The notes under the pieces were generated by a model. It was not told the origin of the DNA. It worked only from the letters and a program-made list of their open reading frames with translations, and did no database searches. 64,000 nt of DNA from Bacteroidales bacterium (lineage in GTDB: Bacteria; Bacteroidota; Bacteroidia; Bacteroidales; VadinHA17): contig DATGYZ010000022.1 of assembly GCA_035297425.1 (NCBI GenBank), positions 25,228-89,227 of the forward strand, given 5' to 3'. Shown here in pieces: positions 20,507 through 30,355 of this stretch (position 1 is its first letter; every line of letters begins with the position of its first letter). The position numbers were made by a program, and so were the translations under genes.

Positions 20507-21028
20507 TTATCTCTTCACCTTAACTGTATCACTATTGACATTAATATTAATGTCTTTCATGTCTTTTCTGTCATCTGTTCCCTGACCCATGCCGGAGGCA
20601 TCAGCTTTCTTTCCCCAGATCTCAACAACTGCTTTATCTGAAGCGGTACTTTCACCGTTAAAAAAACTGAAATTAATTTTTTCCACATCCTGGCTGGCAT
20701 CAAGCCTGAACTGCTGTTCAGTTTCAGGAGGAACCGGTTTTTCATACTGGAGGTTCTCCTTCTTCCCGTCATCATACTGAGCCTCTACATTTATTAAATT
20801 AATGTTGGCATTTTTTACCCTGAATTTTAATACCGAATATTTGTTATCAGCATTAATAGTTTTTTCACGATCGCTGTTCCAGTCAAAGATCCCATGCTCT
20901 TCTGAAAGGTTAATAGTTGTCTGACCAATTTTCTCCCAGCCTTTATCTTTAGACTGCGAGCTCTGCTGTCCGTTTATAAGGCTCAGTATTCCAATTGCAA
21001 GTAAAATACTCAATATAAATTTTTTCAT
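20507..21028 (-). CDS. Secreted hypothetical protein
   Basis: Signal peptide; WEKIG...VEIWG pattern. Confidence 0.7.
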   Translation of the reverse strand: MKKFILSILLAIGILSLINGQQSSQSKDKGWEKIGQTTINLSEEHGIFDWNSDREKTINADNKYSVLKFRVKNANINLINVEAQYDDGKKENLQYEKPVPPETEQQFRLDASQDVEKINFSFFNGESTASDKAVVEIWGKKADASGMGQGTDDRKDMKDININVNSDTVKVKR

Positions 21029-21238
21029 AACAAAACTGTTTAATTAAACACCTGGCTTTACTAATAATTGCTATCTGAATCTGTTTACCAATATAACAGA
21101 CTGATCAGACAAAGCATTTACATTATTTGTTCAAAAGGTTATAACAATTCGTTACAATCAAATCATACTTCATCTTTTCTTCATGTTTGAAAAATTAATT
21201 TGAAGTTGATTAGTTATATACATTGATATTTACTGAAT

Positions 21239-21607
21239 ATGAAATCCATTTTTAAAAAAGGAAGTTTCCTAAGTGTAGTTGCAATTCTGGGCTTACTCTC
21301 TATTACTGATTGCATTGCTTACGGGCAGGAAGCTCCGAAAACTGCTGCAGCGCCCGGATCAACTAGTCAGGAAGTGCGATACGAGGAAAAAGGAAGCCTT
21401 CCCCGGAATGCTCAAAAACCAGCAGCTGAAACCCAGTCTGCTAAAGGTTCGCAGCAGAAGAGTGAAGTGAAGAAAGTTCAAAGCTCCAGTCCAAGTATTG
21501 CAAAAAGACCGGGAGCCCGTCCCCCCTCAATCAGCAGGCCTTCGGGAACAGGTATGCCTAAAGGAGCAGGAAAGCCTGCAGGAATTGGAAAGCCCGGAAG
21601 GCGTTAA
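21239..21607 (+). CDS. Secreted low-complexity hypothetical protein
   Basis: Signal peptide, Pro/Gly/Lys-rich tail; first gene of the TCS operon. Confidence 0.65.
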   Translation: MKSIFKKGSFLSVVAILGLLSITDCIAYGQEAPKTAAAPGSTSQEVRYEEKGSLPRNAQKPAAETQSAKGSQQKSEVKKVQSSSPSIAKRPGARPPSISRPSGTGMPKGAGKPAGIGKPGRR

Positions 21608-21614
21608 CTTATTT

Positions 21615-22538
21615 ATGATAAGAGTTAAAGGAAATATTATTCTGATCATTTCGCTATCGTTCTTATCATGCTTTAGTGCCAGAGGGGCTGATTTAGTTTC
21701 CCATCCTGTTGATTCTATAAACCAGGCAAACAGCAATCACTCATTATTCCTGGGAGCGGGTCATGGCGACAACCTGATACTCGGCTCATCTATCTCGAAA
21801 GCCCAGTCTTATTATTATGGGTCGGCAGGATATAGCTTTAAAGATGAATTTTCTTTGTCAGCATCTTCTTTTTTCCTTCCGGAGTATACAGAATTCCCAG
21901 CTTTCGGTGCGGTATCAGCAGGTTACAATCATACCTTTAATTCATGGTTTGATGTAGCTGTCAGCTTATCTGGTTATGGAATAAACAAAAAACTTACTGA
22001 CACACTTTTTGCCAGTTTTCTCTATGGCGAACTTTCCGCAGGTTTTGACTGGAAGATTGCATATACCAAAATTACCTTCAGTCGCGTTTTAACCGGTAAT
22101 ACAACTGATTTTTTACAGTTAAGGAATTCAAGATATTTTCAGATTCCGGATTTTTTCAGGGGCAAAATATATTTATCAGTTGATCCTTACGTTAATCTTT
22201 TATTTGGCTCTATGACAAGGATCACTACAAATGACCGGACCTCTATCGGGGTTGATTCTCCTGTGTGGACCGGTGGCGGTTATGGTAACCGGCCTGGTGG
22301 TGGGAAAAAGCCGGGGCAGGGCAACGGATCAGGAAGCGGGAGCGGAGGGGAGGCAACAGTCAGTTCCGTTTTTTTTGGCCTGATGGAAGCGGATTTCGGA
22401 ATTCCGGTCGGAATTAATGCAGGAAGAATAACAATTGAAGCTGAGCCCGGGTATATACTGCCTCTATATACAGATGATTCTTTTCCAAGTCCCAAAGGTT
22501 TCACAATGATGTTGAATTGTTTTTTCAGGATACTATAG
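21615..22538 (+). CDS. Probable outer-membrane beta-barrel protein with a Gly-rich loop
   Basis: Signal peptide from ATG 21615; alternating aromatic strands; ends in FFRIL. Confidence 0.6.
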   Translation: MIRVKGNIILIISLSFLSCFSARGADLVSHPVDSINQANSNHSLFLGAGHGDNLILGSSISKAQSYYYGSAGYSFKDEFSLSASSFFLPEYTEFPAFGAVSAGYNHTFNSWFDVAVSLSGYGINKKLTDTLFASFLYGELSAGFDWKIAYTKITFSRVLTGNTTDFLQLRNSRYFQIPDFFRGKIYLSVDPYVNLLFGSMTRITTNDRTSIGVDSPVWTGGGYGNRPGGGKKPGQGNGSGSGSGGEATVSSVFFGLMEADFGIPVGINAGRITIEAEPGYILPLYTDDSFPSPKGFTMMLNCFFRIL

Positions 22539-22547
22539 GCTGACCTT

Positions 22548-23231
22548 ATGAATTTGCTGATTGTTGAGGATGAGAAGAGTATTGCCCATGAGATAGCCAT
22601 ATATCTCATGAAGGAGAATTTGCTTTGTGAAATTGTGCATACAGGGGCAGAAGCATCTGAAAAATTAGCAGTCAATCTTTATGATTTTGTTCTTCTGGAT
22701 ATAGGCTTGCCGGATTATAATGGACTGGACCTGATAAAAGAAGCAAGAAAAAACAACATCGACGTTTCTTTCATCATTATAACTGCACGCGGAGCTGTCG
22801 AAGATAAGGTAAAAGGTCTTGACATCGGTGCAGATGATTACCTTTCCAAACCATTCGCACTTGTCGAACTTCATTCAAGGATCATGGCAATTGCACGGAG
22901 AAAATTCGGCATAAGCAACCCCGATATAAGGCTTGGTGAATTCATCGTTGAAATGAAGGCAAGGAGAATACTGTGTGATAAATCAAGGGTTGATCTTACA
23001 AAAAAGGAATTCGATCTGCTTCTTTACCTTGTGCTCAACAAAAACAAGGTACTTACACGGTTGCAGCTATATGAACATATCTGGGGTAACATCCTGGATG
23101 ATCAGTATGACAGCAATTTCATTGATGTTCATATTAAAAATCTCAGGAAGAAGCTTAATGCTCATGCCCCAACACCATGGCTCGAAACTGTAAGAGGTAC
23201 AGGATACAGGGTAAATATTCTTACCGACTGA
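22548..23231 (+). CDS. OmpR-family response regulator
   Basis: VEDE, LLDIGLP, GADDYLSKPF, ETVRGTGY. Confidence 0.95.
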   Translation: MNLLIVEDEKSIAHEIAIYLMKENLLCEIVHTGAEASEKLAVNLYDFVLLDIGLPDYNGLDLIKEARKNNIDVSFIIITARGAVEDKVKGLDIGADDYLSKPFALVELHSRIMAIARRKFGISNPDIRLGEFIVEMKARRILCDKSRVDLTKKEFDLLLYLVLNKNKVLTRLQLYEHIWGNILDDQYDSNFIDVHIKNLRKKLNAHAPTPWLETVRGTGYRVNILTD

Positions 23232-23235
23232 TTAG

Positions 23236-24555
23236 ATGAAAATGAAACTCAGAACAAGGCTTTCACTGTTCAATCTGGTATCAAAGATCATATTTTCAGT
23301 ATTATTTGTTGCCCTTTTGCCATTGATCGTTACAAAGATCAACCTTATACAGACAGACAATGATCTTATTGCCAAGAGAGAGCAGGTGATCGACATTATT
23401 TCGGAAACCGGTATAGAGCCATTCATGACTGATACTGTAAATGGGTTTGGAAGCTATAACTTACTTAAGGAAGAATTCATAAGTCTTGAAAAAACAGGAT
23501 GGGGTGAAAACCGCAACTATATTGAGATAGACAACCGGGAGCTTGATAATGAAACAATCGGGTACCGTGTGCTAAACTATACAATTGAAATAGATGGTGA
23601 AACATATCTTCTCCAGATTGGGAAAAGTCTTGTGAGTATTGATCAGACTGCAGGAAAAATAAGGAATATCATATTGATTTTTCTTATCATTTTCATACTT
23701 GTAACCCTGGTATCCGACATACTTTACACGGATATAGTCTTAAAGCCTCTGGAACATATTGTAAGCAAGCTTAAAAACACATCAACCCCGGCCATTTACG
23801 ACAGGAATCCTGTAAATACTTCAACCACTGATTTTGTCAAGCTCGACACTGCGATTACAGAACTAATGATCAGAATCAACAGCCTGATCTCAAAGGAGAG
23901 GGAAATAACTGTTAACATGTCGCATGAGCTTCTTACACCTGTTTCTGTAATCAGGGGAAAGCTCGAAAACATTCTTCTGAATGATGACCTCAGCCCTGAA
24001 TTAAGTGAGAAAATTGAAGAATCGCTGAAGACCCTTCACAGGCTTAAAACATTAATTAATTCCCTCCTGTTTTTCTCAAGGATAGAAAGCAAGCAGTATC
24101 TAAAGGAAGATTCTTTCGAGATATCGGATATACTGAAAGTAATCCATGAAGAGCTCACCCCGATTTCCCTTGATAAAGGTATCAACCTGGTAAACGATTG
24201 TCAAACCGGTTTTCCCGTCAGAAATGCAAACCGGTCATTGATGTTCTCAATGGTCTATAACGTGGTGAATAATGCCATCAAAAACACATCTCCCGGCGGG
24301 AATGTTATAATCAGGAGTCATAAAGATACCTGTGCGGGCATTTCTGTTACAGATAATGGTGCAGGCATCAGTGAAGTCCAGATGAAAGATCTGTTTTCAA
24401 GATCAGGGAAAAAGGCAGGACGGAACCACGAAGGAAATGGTATTGGTCTTGCAATAACAAAATCCATTGCTGATTTCCATAATATTAACATCTCAGTAGA
24501 ATCAAGCCCCGGAAAAGGGACGAGGTTTTTCTTCAGATTTCCTGAAAATTCATAA
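23236..24555 (+). CDS. Membrane sensor histidine kinase
   Basis: 2 TM, SHELLTP, NVVNNAIK, DNGAGI, GIGLAI. Confidence 0.95.
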   Translation: MKMKLRTRLSLFNLVSKIIFSVLFVALLPLIVTKINLIQTDNDLIAKREQVIDIISETGIEPFMTDTVNGFGSYNLLKEEFISLEKTGWGENRNYIEIDNRELDNETIGYRVLNYTIEIDGETYLLQIGKSLVSIDQTAGKIRNIILIFLIIFILVTLVSDILYTDIVLKPLEHIVSKLKNTSTPAIYDRNPVNTSTTDFVKLDTAITELMIRINSLISKEREITVNMSHELLTPVSVIRGKLENILLNDDLSPELSEKIEESLKTLHRLKTLINSLLFFSRIESKQYLKEDSFEISDILKVIHEELTPISLDKGINLVNDCQTGFPVRNANRSLMFSMVYNVVNNAIKNTSPGGNVIIRSHKDTCAGISVTDNGAGISEVQMKDLFSRSGKKAGRNHEGNGIGLAITKSIADFHNINISVESSPGKGTRFFFRFPENS

Positions 24556-24709
24556 CCTCTTTATCAAACTTATAAGCACTTCCTTTTTCATTACTTTGCT
24601 CCTCAAAAGAAATGGAGAAAAGAAAGAAGGCCGAAACGTAATTTCAGCCTTATTTCTCCCCTTAACACAATTCGCCAGGTTGTTTTTTCGTAAAAGAAAT
24701 TAACAATAA

Positions 24710-25561
24710 CTATTTCTTTTTAGTTGCAGTATAAAGCAGACCATAAAGGTCATGTGGTGAGATACCCATTATATCTGAAACAGACTTCATGGTGGAGCTT
24801 TCCATGGTCTCCGGATACTCTTTCCCAACCACTTTCATCAATTCAGCCGGTTCCACATCGAGGATCCTGGCAACTTCGTTCAGGGTCATCCTTCCAACTC
24901 CCGAAGGAGCCTGGGACAGGTCTGTTTCGGCTACATTGTTGAACCTGTTGTTCAGGACTTCATAAATTCTGGCAGGTGTGATCTTATTTTGTGAAGCTAT
25001 CTCTTTAAGTTTAATGCCTGTACCGTCTACAATAATGCTGCTGTCATTAAGAGTTTTTAATAATTCTTCAGCTGAAATGCCCTGGTAACTTCCTGCTAAC
25101 CTGGTGAGGTCGTATTCTTCCATGTGTGCAACGGGAGGACTGACATATTCTCCTTCCCAGCTTTCCTTTACTTTCTCGCCAAAGGTCATTACAGGTCCGA
25201 AGGGAGTCCATGATTGAAGAGTACCTATAAAAAAGATGCCGGAGACAGTCAATGCGGACAGAAGCTCCCATTTTTTATTCAGGCCTGCATTAAGCCTGCT
25301 TTTTAAATATGTCATGAATGTTCTCCAGTTTACAAAAAACAGATGTATTATTACTAGGATGAAGAACATATATGAAAAAATTGTATGCAGCGCCTGCCAC
25401 TCTGCTTTTGTAAACAGCATTAATTGCCAGTCACCCCAGTTAGCTATTCTTCCCGGAGGGGCTACATAAAGGATAAAACCCGACCAGGACATTATTATCG
25501 TTGAAATAACCAGCGAAAAACTTGTGAAGCTCCTGAGATTGAAAGATCTTTTCTTTTCCAT
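24710..25561 (-). CDS. DUF4405-like membrane protein with His-bearing TM helices
   Basis: SGFILYVAP, WQALH, IIHLFFVNW. Confidence 0.7.
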   Translation of the reverse strand: MEKKRSFNLRSFTSFSLVISTIIMSWSGFILYVAPPGRIANWGDWQLMLFTKAEWQALHTIFSYMFFILVIIHLFFVNWRTFMTYLKSRLNAGLNKKWELLSALTVSGIFFIGTLQSWTPFGPVMTFGEKVKESWEGEYVSPPVAHMEEYDLTRLAGSYQGISAEELLKTLNDSSIIVDGTGIKLKEIASQNKITPARIYEVLNNRFNNVAETDLSQAPSGVGRMTLNEVARILDVEPAELMKVVGKEYPETMESSTMKSVSDIMGISPHDLYGLLYTATKKK

Positions 25562-25601
25562 ATGGTATTGCTTTAAGGATTGATTAATAATTTTTCAGAT
25601 A

Positions 25602-26372
25602 CTACCTGTTATGTCTTCCCCGTTGTATCCCCTTATTCTGCATTCTGTAACGATTGCCGGTCTCAACAGGAGAACTTACAATCTTGTTATATTCTTCCTG
25701 CAGCAGGTATTCAGGCACATAGGTAATGCCGATATTGCTTAGTTGCCGGGTGAATGCCCTGAGATGGTTGCGTGATCCTCTTTCAAGATTTTCAAATACC
25801 ATTATTATGTTTGGATTCGAAGTCTTATTTAGGGCATTTTTCAGATCCTTTATATCCATTTCTTCAATCAGTGCTCCGACTTTGAATGCATCGGATAGAG
25901 ATGAGGAACCTTTTGTTATCAGATCATCATACAGATCCTGAACATGCTTGTCTTTAAAAACTCCAGGGTCGGATATAACTACATCAGGCGAGGCATACAG
26001 CTTCAATAATGAATTAACAGCATTAAGATGAGTAGTTTCTGCTGAAGAGATTCTTGTAAAAACCATATGGCCCCATTTCGTGTACAAAGACGTATAAACA
26101 TCACGTGCAAGCTTTTCTTCCTCCCTCATTCTAATGAGCAGGTTCATTTCTTCTATTCCAGGTTCAGGAGTATCAATGAAAGAACTTAACAGGTTCTCTT
26201 CATTCATGAATGAAATACCATCTGCTGAAGCGGTGAGGAAGGGAGCAAATAAATCATTGCTGTTGGCTGAGTTCTTTTCACATGATGTCACCAGGATTGT
26301 TGCCGAAAGTAAAAAGGCCGCTGAAGTTTTAAAAGCTTTGAATTTCATATTTCTTAAGATTTTGGTTTTCAC
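25602..26372 (-). CDS. DUF2202 ferritin-like lipoprotein
   Basis: MREEEKLARDVY, IEEMDI, GSRNHLRAF; lipobox VTSC. Confidence 0.85.
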   Translation of the reverse strand: MKTKILRNMKFKAFKTSAAFLLSATILVTSCEKNSANSNDLFAPFLTASADGISFMNEENLLSSFIDTPEPGIEEMNLLIRMREEEKLARDVYTSLYTKWGHMVFTRISSAETTHLNAVNSLLKLYASPDVVISDPGVFKDKHVQDLYDDLITKGSSSLSDAFKVGALIEEMDIKDLKNALNKTSNPNIIMVFENLERGSRNHLRAFTRQLSNIGITYVPEYLLQEEYNKIVSSPVETGNRYRMQNKGIQRGRHNR

Positions 26373-26391
26373 TATTTACATTTACAATTCT

Positions 26392-26419
26392 TAGAAACAG
26401 AACTATAAATTTTCCTGCG
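26392..26419 (-). promoter_or_regulatory. Candidate ECF promoter CGCAGG-N15-GTTTCTA upstream of the DUF2202-DUF4405 operon
   Basis: Third copy of the motif. Confidence 0.65.
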
Positions 26420-26538
26420 CATCATAATTAATTTCGAATTACTGATCGATTAGAATCATCTGATTGTACATGTTTTTTTAAACAATCCATTGTGAAATGA
26501 ATAACAATGTGTAAATTGCTATACGTATATAGTATATT

Positions 26539-26931
26539 ATGAATTTCACAAAGACAACCTTTTATTCGTTCAGCATCCTGGCCTACATGGCACAGAACAA
26601 GGATGTTGTTGTTTCAGCCAGCCATATTCATGAAAAACTGAACATACCTTACTTTTATCTGAGGACATTGCTGAATGAATTGAAAAACCATAACCTTCTT
26701 ACAGTAGAAAGGGGCAGGAATGGCGGGTTCAGCCTTGCGCGCGACAAATCGCATATTTTCCTCTCTGAAATAATCGCTGTAACCGAGGGCCATGATCCGT
26801 TTGCAAAGTGCATCATGGGCTTTACAGACTGCCCTCTTGATAAGAGATGCTACATGCATGATAAATGGATAAAGGTTAAAAGCGAGCTTCTCGATATTCT
26901 GAAGAAAACATCTCTTGATGATCTGAAATAA
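26539..26931 (+). CDS. Rrf2 family Fe-S transcriptional regulator
   Basis: RGRNGGFSLAR; C-x6-C-x5-C-xx-H cluster. Confidence 0.92.
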   Translation: MNFTKTTFYSFSILAYMAQNKDVVVSASHIHEKLNIPYFYLRTLLNELKNHNLLTVERGRNGGFSLARDKSHIFLSEIIAVTEGHDPFAKCIMGFTDCPLDKRCYMHDKWIKVKSELLDILKKTSLDDLK

Positions 26932-26971
26932 ACTTATTCTATAATCCTATTAACTTAAAAATGAAGTTCCT

Positions 26972-27535
26972 ATGGTTGATTCACAAGTAGTTCTTACAGG
27001 TCAGACGATTGCATATACTGTCTATTGCCTGATCATGATCCTGCTGATCTCATGGTTTGCCTGGAGGGTAACATCAGGCAGCAGCAGTGGTGTCCGGCCC
27101 GCCTTGTTCTATGCATTCGTGGGCTTTCTGACGATACTAGGGGTATCGTTGCATATTGCAACATACAACACTATTCCCTGGGTTAAAACTGATCTTAACA
27201 GGAATGAAGTTACAGCAGATAAGACATTTAACATCACTGTAAAAGATCATCAGTTCATTTTGCCATCAGAAAAGATGGTGATAAATGTAAATGACAAGGT
27301 ATTGTTCGAAGTTAAATCCGAAGATCTTACCTATGGTTTCGGACTCTTCAGGGAAGATAACAGCATGCTTTTCCAGATGCAGGTAGTTCCTGGTCACCGG
27401 AATGATATAATATGGCACTTTACTGGTCCGGGAGTATACACCATCCGCTCGACCGAATACTCCGGTCCGAAAGGAAGCCGCATGATCGTAAAGGATGCTG
27501 TTGAAGTTGTGCCCCAGGTTACTGCAGTTAAATAA
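26972..27535 (+). CDS. Heme-copper oxidase subunit II-like cupredoxin lacking CuA ligands
   Basis: 2 TM plus cupredoxin; SEDLTYGF and RSTEYSGPKGSRM in place of DVxHGF and CxExCGxxHxxM. Confidence 0.85.
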   Translation: MVDSQVVLTGQTIAYTVYCLIMILLISWFAWRVTSGSSSGVRPALFYAFVGFLTILGVSLHIATYNTIPWVKTDLNRNEVTADKTFNITVKDHQFILPSEKMVINVNDKVLFEVKSEDLTYGFGLFREDNSMLFQMQVVPGHRNDIIWHFTGPGVYTIRSTEYSGPKGSRMIVKDAVEVVPQVTAVK

Positions 27536-27558
27536 TCAAACTAATACAGATTTATACT

Positions 27559-29178
27559 ATGAATTTCTCAAAGACATTGTTAGAAGGCGAAGAGGGTCTT
27601 TTCAAACCAGGCTCTCTCACCCCTATTCAGAAGCTGACACTCCGCTGTGTTATCATGGGACTCATATATTTCGGATTTGTTGTTATTGAAGGAATGTTGC
27701 TAAGGATGTACCAGGTAAGACCGTTACCTTTTATAACAGAACCCCAGTATTTTGCAATTCTCACTGCTCATCCACTTGTAGGTATTTTCGGCTCAACATA
27801 CCTGATAGTTTGCGGCGCATTCCTGTTTCTTGTTCCTTTCTTAATGAAAAAGCCACTATGGAGCATTAAGATGGGGAACTGGACATTCCTCCTGATTACG
27901 ATCGGAACATTTATTTTCTGGTTTTCAGGTTTTCTGACTCATTATGCTCCGTTATACACATTATACTGGCCATTACCCGTTGATTTTAAACAATTCAGCC
28001 TTTGGGGCGGAACATTCTTTATCGTTGGGATTGCCCTTGTAATGGTTGGAACGGCACTTTTTATAATCAACATCTTTAAAACGATTCTTTATACTCCTGA
28101 AGGTTGGGAAAAACAAAATGCAGGCGCACTGCTTTCATCAGCACTTGGTATTACAGGCTTTGCAAATCTGTTCAGGAAGAACAAAAAAGAGCATCTTGTA
28201 TCCCTTCCTGTGGCAGCAGTTGCGAGGGGAAGTGTTGATATGGCCCTTAATACAGCCACAATTCTTTTTACAGGAGTTCTTATTCTTGTTTTCATGGTTG
28301 GCGCTATACTTGGTTTCGATCTGAAGAATACTGCAATCGATGCTCTTCTTTACAAAAACTGGTTCTGGTGGGGACTTGATCTCATAGCTGACGGACTTGT
28401 ACTGATCTTCGTTGCAGGAACCTGGTACCTGTTGGCTATGCTGATAACAAACAAACCTCTGTTCATGCAGAATATTGCCAGGGCAGCCCTGCTGGTTGAA
28501 CTTGTTGTATCCTGGACCGTATGGTCGCACCATCTGCTTTCAGACCAGGCACAGCCAGGTATTCTTAAAGTTGTTTCGGGTGAGATGGTAACAGCATTCG
28601 AGCTTATTACACAGGGTCTTGCCTTTTTCATTACACTTGCCACACTGTGGAGTGCACGTCCTTTGAAAATGACCAATCCATTAAAGTTCCTGATGGGAGG
28701 TTTGCTTGGCTTTGCACTTGCAGTTCCGGCAGGAATAATGCAGGCAGATATCGGTCTCAACAGGATACTTCACAATACTCAATGGGTTGTTGGACCACAT
28801 GTACATGTTGCAATCCTTGTAGGATTAACAATGACACTTTATTCAGCAATTTACCTTCTGTTCCCAATACTTACTAACGGTGCCAAGGTGTACAGCCAGA
28901 AACTTGTAAATATTCATTTCTGGTGCCATCTTACTGGAGGAATCGGAATGGGAGCATTCATGGGAATGGCAGGACTGAATGGTATGCTGCGCAGGTCTTT
29001 GTACATCAACGGTGAGTTTAATACACTTATGATACTAGCTGCAATATCCGGCACTTTGCTGCTGATCGGATTCCTGGCATTCTTTTATAATCTTGTTATG
29101 AGCGTGGGAATTAAAGGAGTGATTGGAATTTTCAGTCCCGCAAAAGAGAAAGCGCCTGAATTAGTTCCGGCAGTATAG
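27559..29178 (+). CDS. Heme-copper oxidase superfamily subunit I, atypical active site (gNOR-like putative NO reductase)
   Basis: H71, H324/H325 and H414/H416 are conserved; helix VI reads FWWGLDLIAD instead of FWFFGHPEVY. Confidence 0.8.
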   Translation: MNFSKTLLEGEEGLFKPGSLTPIQKLTLRCVIMGLIYFGFVVIEGMLLRMYQVRPLPFITEPQYFAILTAHPLVGIFGSTYLIVCGAFLFLVPFLMKKPLWSIKMGNWTFLLITIGTFIFWFSGFLTHYAPLYTLYWPLPVDFKQFSLWGGTFFIVGIALVMVGTALFIINIFKTILYTPEGWEKQNAGALLSSALGITGFANLFRKNKKEHLVSLPVAAVARGSVDMALNTATILFTGVLILVFMVGAILGFDLKNTAIDALLYKNWFWWGLDLIADGLVLIFVAGTWYLLAMLITNKPLFMQNIARAALLVELVVSWTVWSHHLLSDQAQPGILKVVSGEMVTAFELITQGLAFFITLATLWSARPLKMTNPLKFLMGGLLGFALAVPAGIMQADIGLNRILHNTQWVVGPHVHVAILVGLTMTLYSAIYLLFPILTNGAKVYSQKLVNIHFWCHLTGGIGMGAFMGMAGLNGMLRRSLYINGEFNTLMILAAISGTLLLIGFLAFFYNLVMSVGIKGVIGIFSPAKEKAPELVPAV

Positions 29179-29189
29179 AAAAACCTGAA

Positions 29190-29229
29190 AAAAAGGAATT
29201 TTGCCGTGTTTTTGGCAAAATTCCTTTTT
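29190..29229. terminator. Bidirectional intrinsic terminator
   Basis: AAAAAGGAATTTTGCC / GGCAAAATTCCTTTTT perfect 16-bp stem between convergent genes. Confidence 0.85.
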
Positions 29230-29236
29230 CCTTAAT

Positions 29237-29503
29237 CTACCTTCTTCTGTGTTTCCTGTACTTCCTGTAGGCATCTCTCTTTGTCTTGATGTTATGGCGG
29301 GAATAGTACTCCCTGTTGATGCGAAGTTTTACGTTTTCCTGCAACATAAGACTTTCCAGCGAGCCCTGGTTTTTCCTTCCGGTTGCGCATGAAATGCACA
29401 ATACAGTCAAACCTGCCATAAGAATTAAAAGAAGTAATCTTCTGGCTTTTAACCTGGATGTAAAGTTGGAAGTGACTATCATAGCAAAAACATTGACGAA
29501 CAT
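29237..29503 (-). CDS. Small basic putative lipoprotein
   Basis: Hydrophobic stretch plus CISC; ends at the terminator. Confidence 0.5.
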   Translation of the reverse strand: MFVNVFAMIVTSNFTSRLKARRLLLLILMAGLTVLCISCATGRKNQGSLESLMLQENVKLRINREYYSRHNIKTKRDAYRKYRKHRRR

Positions 29504-29605
29504 ATGATATTCGATGATAAAAGAACGAATATTATACGTAAACAGAAAGAAAAAGTTTCTGTTTTTGCCAGGTTAATCAAAATGTTTTGAAAATTTGCTG
29601 CAGAG

Positions 29606-30274
29606 CTAAAGCTCAAGAATGATGGAGTTATTTGTAATATTAAATTCAGCAAGATGCAGTTTAACTATGTCCATCATGGGAGGGGGGCCACACAGGTAAA
29701 CATTCATATCAGGGCTTGTAATGTAAGGTTTCAGTACTTCTCTTGTAACAAATCCATATAAATATTCATCAGTCTTTTCGTCAGATAATACATTGACGAA
29801 TGCATCTCCAAGCATCTGTCGGAGTTCATCCCTGAGAATTATATCATCTGTTGTTTTATTGGCAAAGATCAGCGTATTTCCTTTAATCTCATTTCGGGTT
29901 CGAAGGTCCCTGAAGATTGATATGAAAGGGGTTATGCCAGCCCCACCAGCAATAAACAGACCTTTTCCCCTGTAATTGATTGCGCCCCAGACATCCCTGA
30001 TAATAAGCTCATCACCTGGATTAAGAATGCCAAGAACTTTTGTAACTCCATTGTGCGAAGGATAGATCTTTATTGTGAACTCAAGAAAAGGGTCACTGTT
30101 GAGGCAGGTAAAAGTAAATGGTCTCTTTTCATTTCTGAGTTCCGGCAGGTTTACAGATACCTCCGTTGCCTGACCGGGAATAAATGAATACCCGGATGGT
30201 TTTTCAAACCGGAATCTCTTAACATCATGAGTTACCTGATCGATGCTGATTATCTTAACGACATGCTCTTCCAT
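29606..30274 (-). CDS. FAD/NAD(P)-binding oxidoreductase (ferredoxin/flavodoxin reductase family)
   Basis: FIPGQ, RPFT, AGGAGITPF, YLCGPPPM. Confidence 0.9.
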   Translation of the reverse strand: MEEHVVKIISIDQVTHDVKRFRFEKPSGYSFIPGQATEVSVNLPELRNEKRPFTFTCLNSDPFLEFTIKIYPSHNGVTKVLGILNPGDELIIRDVWGAINYRGKGLFIAGGAGITPFISIFRDLRTRNEIKGNTLIFANKTTDDIILRDELRQMLGDAFVNVLSDEKTDEYLYGFVTREVLKPYITSPDMNVYLCGPPPMMDIVKLHLAEFNITNNSIILEL

Positions 30275-30355
30275 TTCTGTGATGTTTCATGTTAAACAAC
30301 CGAAACACAAATCTGGCAAAAGAAGGAAGTCACTTTATATTTCAGAGACGCATCA

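Noticed and set aside
21498..21614. N-terminal extension of the 346-aa ORF
   Set aside because: Overlaps the upstream gene; the signal peptide starts at ATG 21615
26972..29178. Annotation as an ordinary cytochrome c oxidase (coxBA/cbb3), or as a decayed pseudogene
   Set aside because: CuA ligands and the His-Tyr pair are absent, yet both ORFs are intact with the other five His retained, which indicates a distinct family
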